Shown here piece by piece: positions 61,020 through 64,000 of a stretch of 64,000 bases of DNA. The stretch is from the NCBI GenBank assembly GCA_030264375.1, contig JASCQW010000032.1, forward strand, positions 38,451,229-38,515,228. Direction: 5' to 3'. Numbering within the stretch: position 1 is the first letter of the stretch; each line of letters starts with the position of its first letter. The notes beneath the pieces are model-generated. The model worked only from the letters and a program-made list of their open reading frames with translations, made no database searches and had not been told where the DNA came from. A program made the position numbers and the translations under genes. This DNA comes from Carcharhinus longimanus. Lineage: Eukaryota.

Positions 61020-62625
61020 AAATTCCAACAAACCCAACTACCTTCCTTTGTGTTAGTTATTTCCCTTTATTTCCATTGGCATAAAATTGGTTTGGGTTCC
61101 TTAATGCCATAGCCAGTCACATGCTGGCTTGAGCTCAAGAGCTATCACTCTCTCATCTGACCTCTTCAAATCATCCTTTTTGGGGTCCATATTTGGAAAG
61201 AAGCTAAAATGAGGCCTGAAGCCAGGTGCACCCCAAACTAAGTGGCTCTATGTAGGTTATTGCTGAATAAGTGTCACTTGATTGCACTGTTAATGACTCC
61301 TTTCATCACTTTGCAAATGATTGAGTGTAGAATGTTGGGTTGGTAATTGGTTTGGATTGGATTTTTCCTCCTTTTTGTAGACAGATGCCTGGATACTTTT
61401 GCACGTTGTCAGGTAAATGCCAGTGTTGTAGCCATACTGGAACAGCCATCTGGAGCACAAGACTTTGTCACTACAACCAGGATTTTGTTCAGTCCCTTCA
61501 GCTTTGCTCTACCTAAAGCCAGAGATTTCTTGATATTATGTGGAATGAATAGAATTGGCTCAGTACTGTCTTCTGTGATGCTAGGACCTCAAGAGAAGGT
61601 CAAGATGAATCAGACATTTGACCCCATGTTCATGGGGCCTCCCCATCTCTGTAGTTGTTTCATTTTTAGTCCCTATTCATGACTGAATGCGGCAGGACTA
61701 TAGGTTTGATCAAACATATTGGTTTTGGAATTCCCTAATTTTTTCGATAGTGAGCTGCTTCAGGCGTTTCTCATGCATGTCACTGGGATAGCACTTAATT
61801 TTTAAGTCTGTGTACTGCTCCTAACATGCTCTTGCACTCTTTATCGAACCAGATCTCCTAGTTCAGTGGAAATGGTAGAATAAGGGATATGACAGACCAT
61901 TAATTTATTGATTGCAGTTGAACACAAATACTGCTGCTGTTTGATAGCCCATGTGGTTTGAGGGCGCCCAGTTATGAGATGCTAAATCTGTTTTGAATCT
62001 ATTCTATTTAGTATTGTGTTAGTGCCACACATCACTGACAGAGATACATGGCCAGTTTGGTATTAGCTATATCTCTCAGGATCTAGCCAACTTGATCAGC
62101 AATGATACTACCAAGCAACACTTGCTGATAGGCATTAACATCTCCCTCCTAGAATGCAATCTGTGCCCTTGCTAACCTCAGAATTTCTTCCAAATGGCGA
62201 TCTACATGCAAGATAACTGTTACGTCATCTGAGGGAGGGTAGTAGGGAATGGTCATTGAGAGATTTTCTTGATCGTGTTTGACCTGAAACCATGAGACTT
62301 CATAGGGTCCGGAGCCAATTTCGAAACCTCCTAGAGTCACTCCATCCTTACTGCTTACTGTTAAGCTACCACCTCTGGTAGATGTATCCTGCTAATAGGA
62401 GAAGTTATAGCCAGGGATGGTGATGGAGGAGCATGGAACGTTGTGATTCTCTGAGTAGTTCTATATAAAGTTATTGCTTGCTTATTCTGTGGGGCAGCTC
62501 TCCAACTTCAGGCACAAGTCACCAGATGTTTGTGCAGGGGATTTTGCAGGTTGACTGGGCAGGATATATCTTGCTTGTTTCCAGTGCTAAGGTCAATGCC
62601 AGGTGGTCCATTTGGTTTCATTTTA
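61020..62625 (-). mobile_element. Duplicated LINE relic
   Basis: Colinear with 54420-56030. Confidence 0.8.
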
Positions 62626-62789
62626 ACCAGTTTCTTTCCCAATTTGTCTAAATGTGGATTATAGTGACAGTGTTACCTTGAGTTAAGTTTCTCTGCCAAA
62701 TATGTTATTGTTATATTAACTTATTCTTAGATATTCTAATGATGAAAGCATTAAATCCTAATCATCTTACCATTAAACTATTTTTAAAG

Positions 62790-62852
62790 TGCCAGAAGTT
62801 CCTAAGAAGCCAGTTCCTGAACCATTGAAACCAAAGAAAGAAGCAGAAGAAG
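62790..62852 (+). CDS. TTN: TTN PEVK exon, amplified copy 5, 9 nt shorter (VPEVPKKPVPEPLKPKKEAEE)
   Basis: tttaaag|..|gtattt, 63 nt. Confidence 0.92.
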
Positions 62853-62974
62853 GTATTTTTAATTTTATTATTTTAAGTGCTGGAAATATTTGTGTGAAGC
62901 AGATAACTTGATGCTGTTTAAATATTAATATTTTGTTTTTGCTTCGTGCTTTAATATAGTTAGATGCATTGTTA

Positions 62975-64000
62975 CTACCATCTCCAGCAACCACAACTAT
63001 CTTCATTTGTGCTAGTTATATTCCAACCCATAGCAAGCTCTTCCCTGATTCCCATTGACTTCAAACTTGCAAGGGCTCCTTGATGCCACACACTATCAAA
63101 TGTAGCCTTGAGGTCAAGAGCACTTGCTCTGACCACATCTTGAAATCAATATTTTTGACTATGTTTGGACGAGAGCTGAAACGAAGTTTGGAGCCAAGTG
63201 ACTCGCAGAACTCAAACTGAGCATCAATAAGCAAGTTATTGTTGAGTGAATGTTGCTTGACACTTGACAGCACTTTGCAAATGACTGAGAGTAGACTGTT
63301 GTGAGGAGGACTGTGGGTGTAATTGGCTTATTGAATTTTTCCTGCTATTTGTGATACGGCTTACCTGGAAATTTTGTACATTGTCCAGTAGACACGGGGC
63401 AGGGTAGGTGTAGGAAAATGCTTTGTTGAAATGGCGGCGCGGGCTCGTTGAGCCGAAGGGCCTGTTTCCCGTGCTGGGTTGTTCTTTGTTCTTCTTTGTT
63501 CTTTGTAGATGCCCAGGTTCTAGCTTTACTAGAACAGCTTGGGTAGAGTTATAGATAGATCTGAAACAAAAAAACTTCACTGCTAAAACCAGGATGTTGT
63601 TAAGGCCTGTATCAAGTGGCTCAACTTGTTTCTTGATATTATGTGGAATTAATCAAATTGACTGAAGATTGGCATCTATGCTGCTGAGACTTCCAGGAGA
63701 AGGCTAAGATAGATAATCCATGTGATACTTCTGGCTGAAGGTTGTTGCAAATGTTCCAGACTTGGCTTCTACCCCAAAGTGCTGAGCTCTGCCATTGTTG
63801 AGGATGGGAATGTTTCTCCTCCTCCTATTTGATGTTTTAATGTCCACGACCGCCATGACTGAATATGGCAGCACAGCAGAGCTTTTGATCTGATCCATTG
63901 GTTGGGGAATTGTTTAACTGCCTATCATGAGCTCCTTCCACGTTAGCATGGATATAGTCCTGTTGAAACTTCACAGCATTGGCACCGCATTTTTAGCTAT
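62975..64000 (-). mobile_element. Duplicated LINE relic, continues beyond the window
   Basis: Colinear with 54420-55250; minus-strand KQHSLNNNLLIDAQFEF resembles the RT pre-QFGFR region. Confidence 0.8.
63393..63504 (+). mobile_element. Short CR1 3'-end insertion with TSD
   Basis: GGGCTCGTTGAGCCGAAGGGCCTGTTTCCCGTGCTG + (GTTCTTT)n tail, flanked by GTAGA at 63388-63392 and 63505-63509. Confidence 0.75.

Larger units (their letters stand above)
248..62852 (+). other. TTN: Titin gene, internal segment (differentially spliced I-band Ig region, N2A element, start of PEVK region); both ends lie outside the window
   Basis: 58 GT-AG exons in frame-compatible phases. They encode tandem I-set Ig domains, the diagnostic UN2A motif ELLRNVDPKEYEKYARMYGITDFRGLLQA and PPAK-type PEVK repeats. 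Confidence 0.98.

Noticed and set aside
56203-62852. Regularly spaced near-identical 72-nt repeats as a CRISPR-like or cassette-switching system
   Set aside because: They are spliceable PEVK exons with AG/GT ends separated by LINE-derived introns; no recombinase or cas genes are present.

Overview
This is eukaryotic, intron-containing DNA, not a prokaryotic locus. The window is an internal ~63-kb, plus-strand segment of a titin (TTN) gene, very probably from a shark (elasmobranch HE1/V-SINEs, CR1 tails and a Deu-domain SINE). I resolved 58 exons by hand from AG/GT boundaries and frame. They comprise 21 single-domain I-band Ig exons (248-13780), the N2A element (I80, UN2A, I81-I83; 17173-21323), a 27-nt linker microexon and 28 short phase-1 PEVK exons (23384-62852). 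Introns hold CR1 and CR1/L2-like LINE relics, several SINE families, MITEs and a decayed Harbinger transposase. Points worth a second look: (1) only one 10-Ig super-repeat directly follows 6-Ig super-repeats, whereas mammals have three; (2) one Ig exon has a 10-nt frameshift and one PEVK exon has an in-frame stop; (3) three PEVK exons lost their canonical AG but keep an in-frame CAG 6 nt downstream; (4) five near-identical PEVK exons were amplified together with a LINE; (5) the intron splitting I83 begins with codons for the same peptide as the next exon; (6) an LF-SINE-like element; (7) region-specific splice-site and intronic motif grammar. I see no evidence for a wholly new biological system. 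Family names and human comparisons come from recalled knowledge, not database searches. N gaps may hide further exons.
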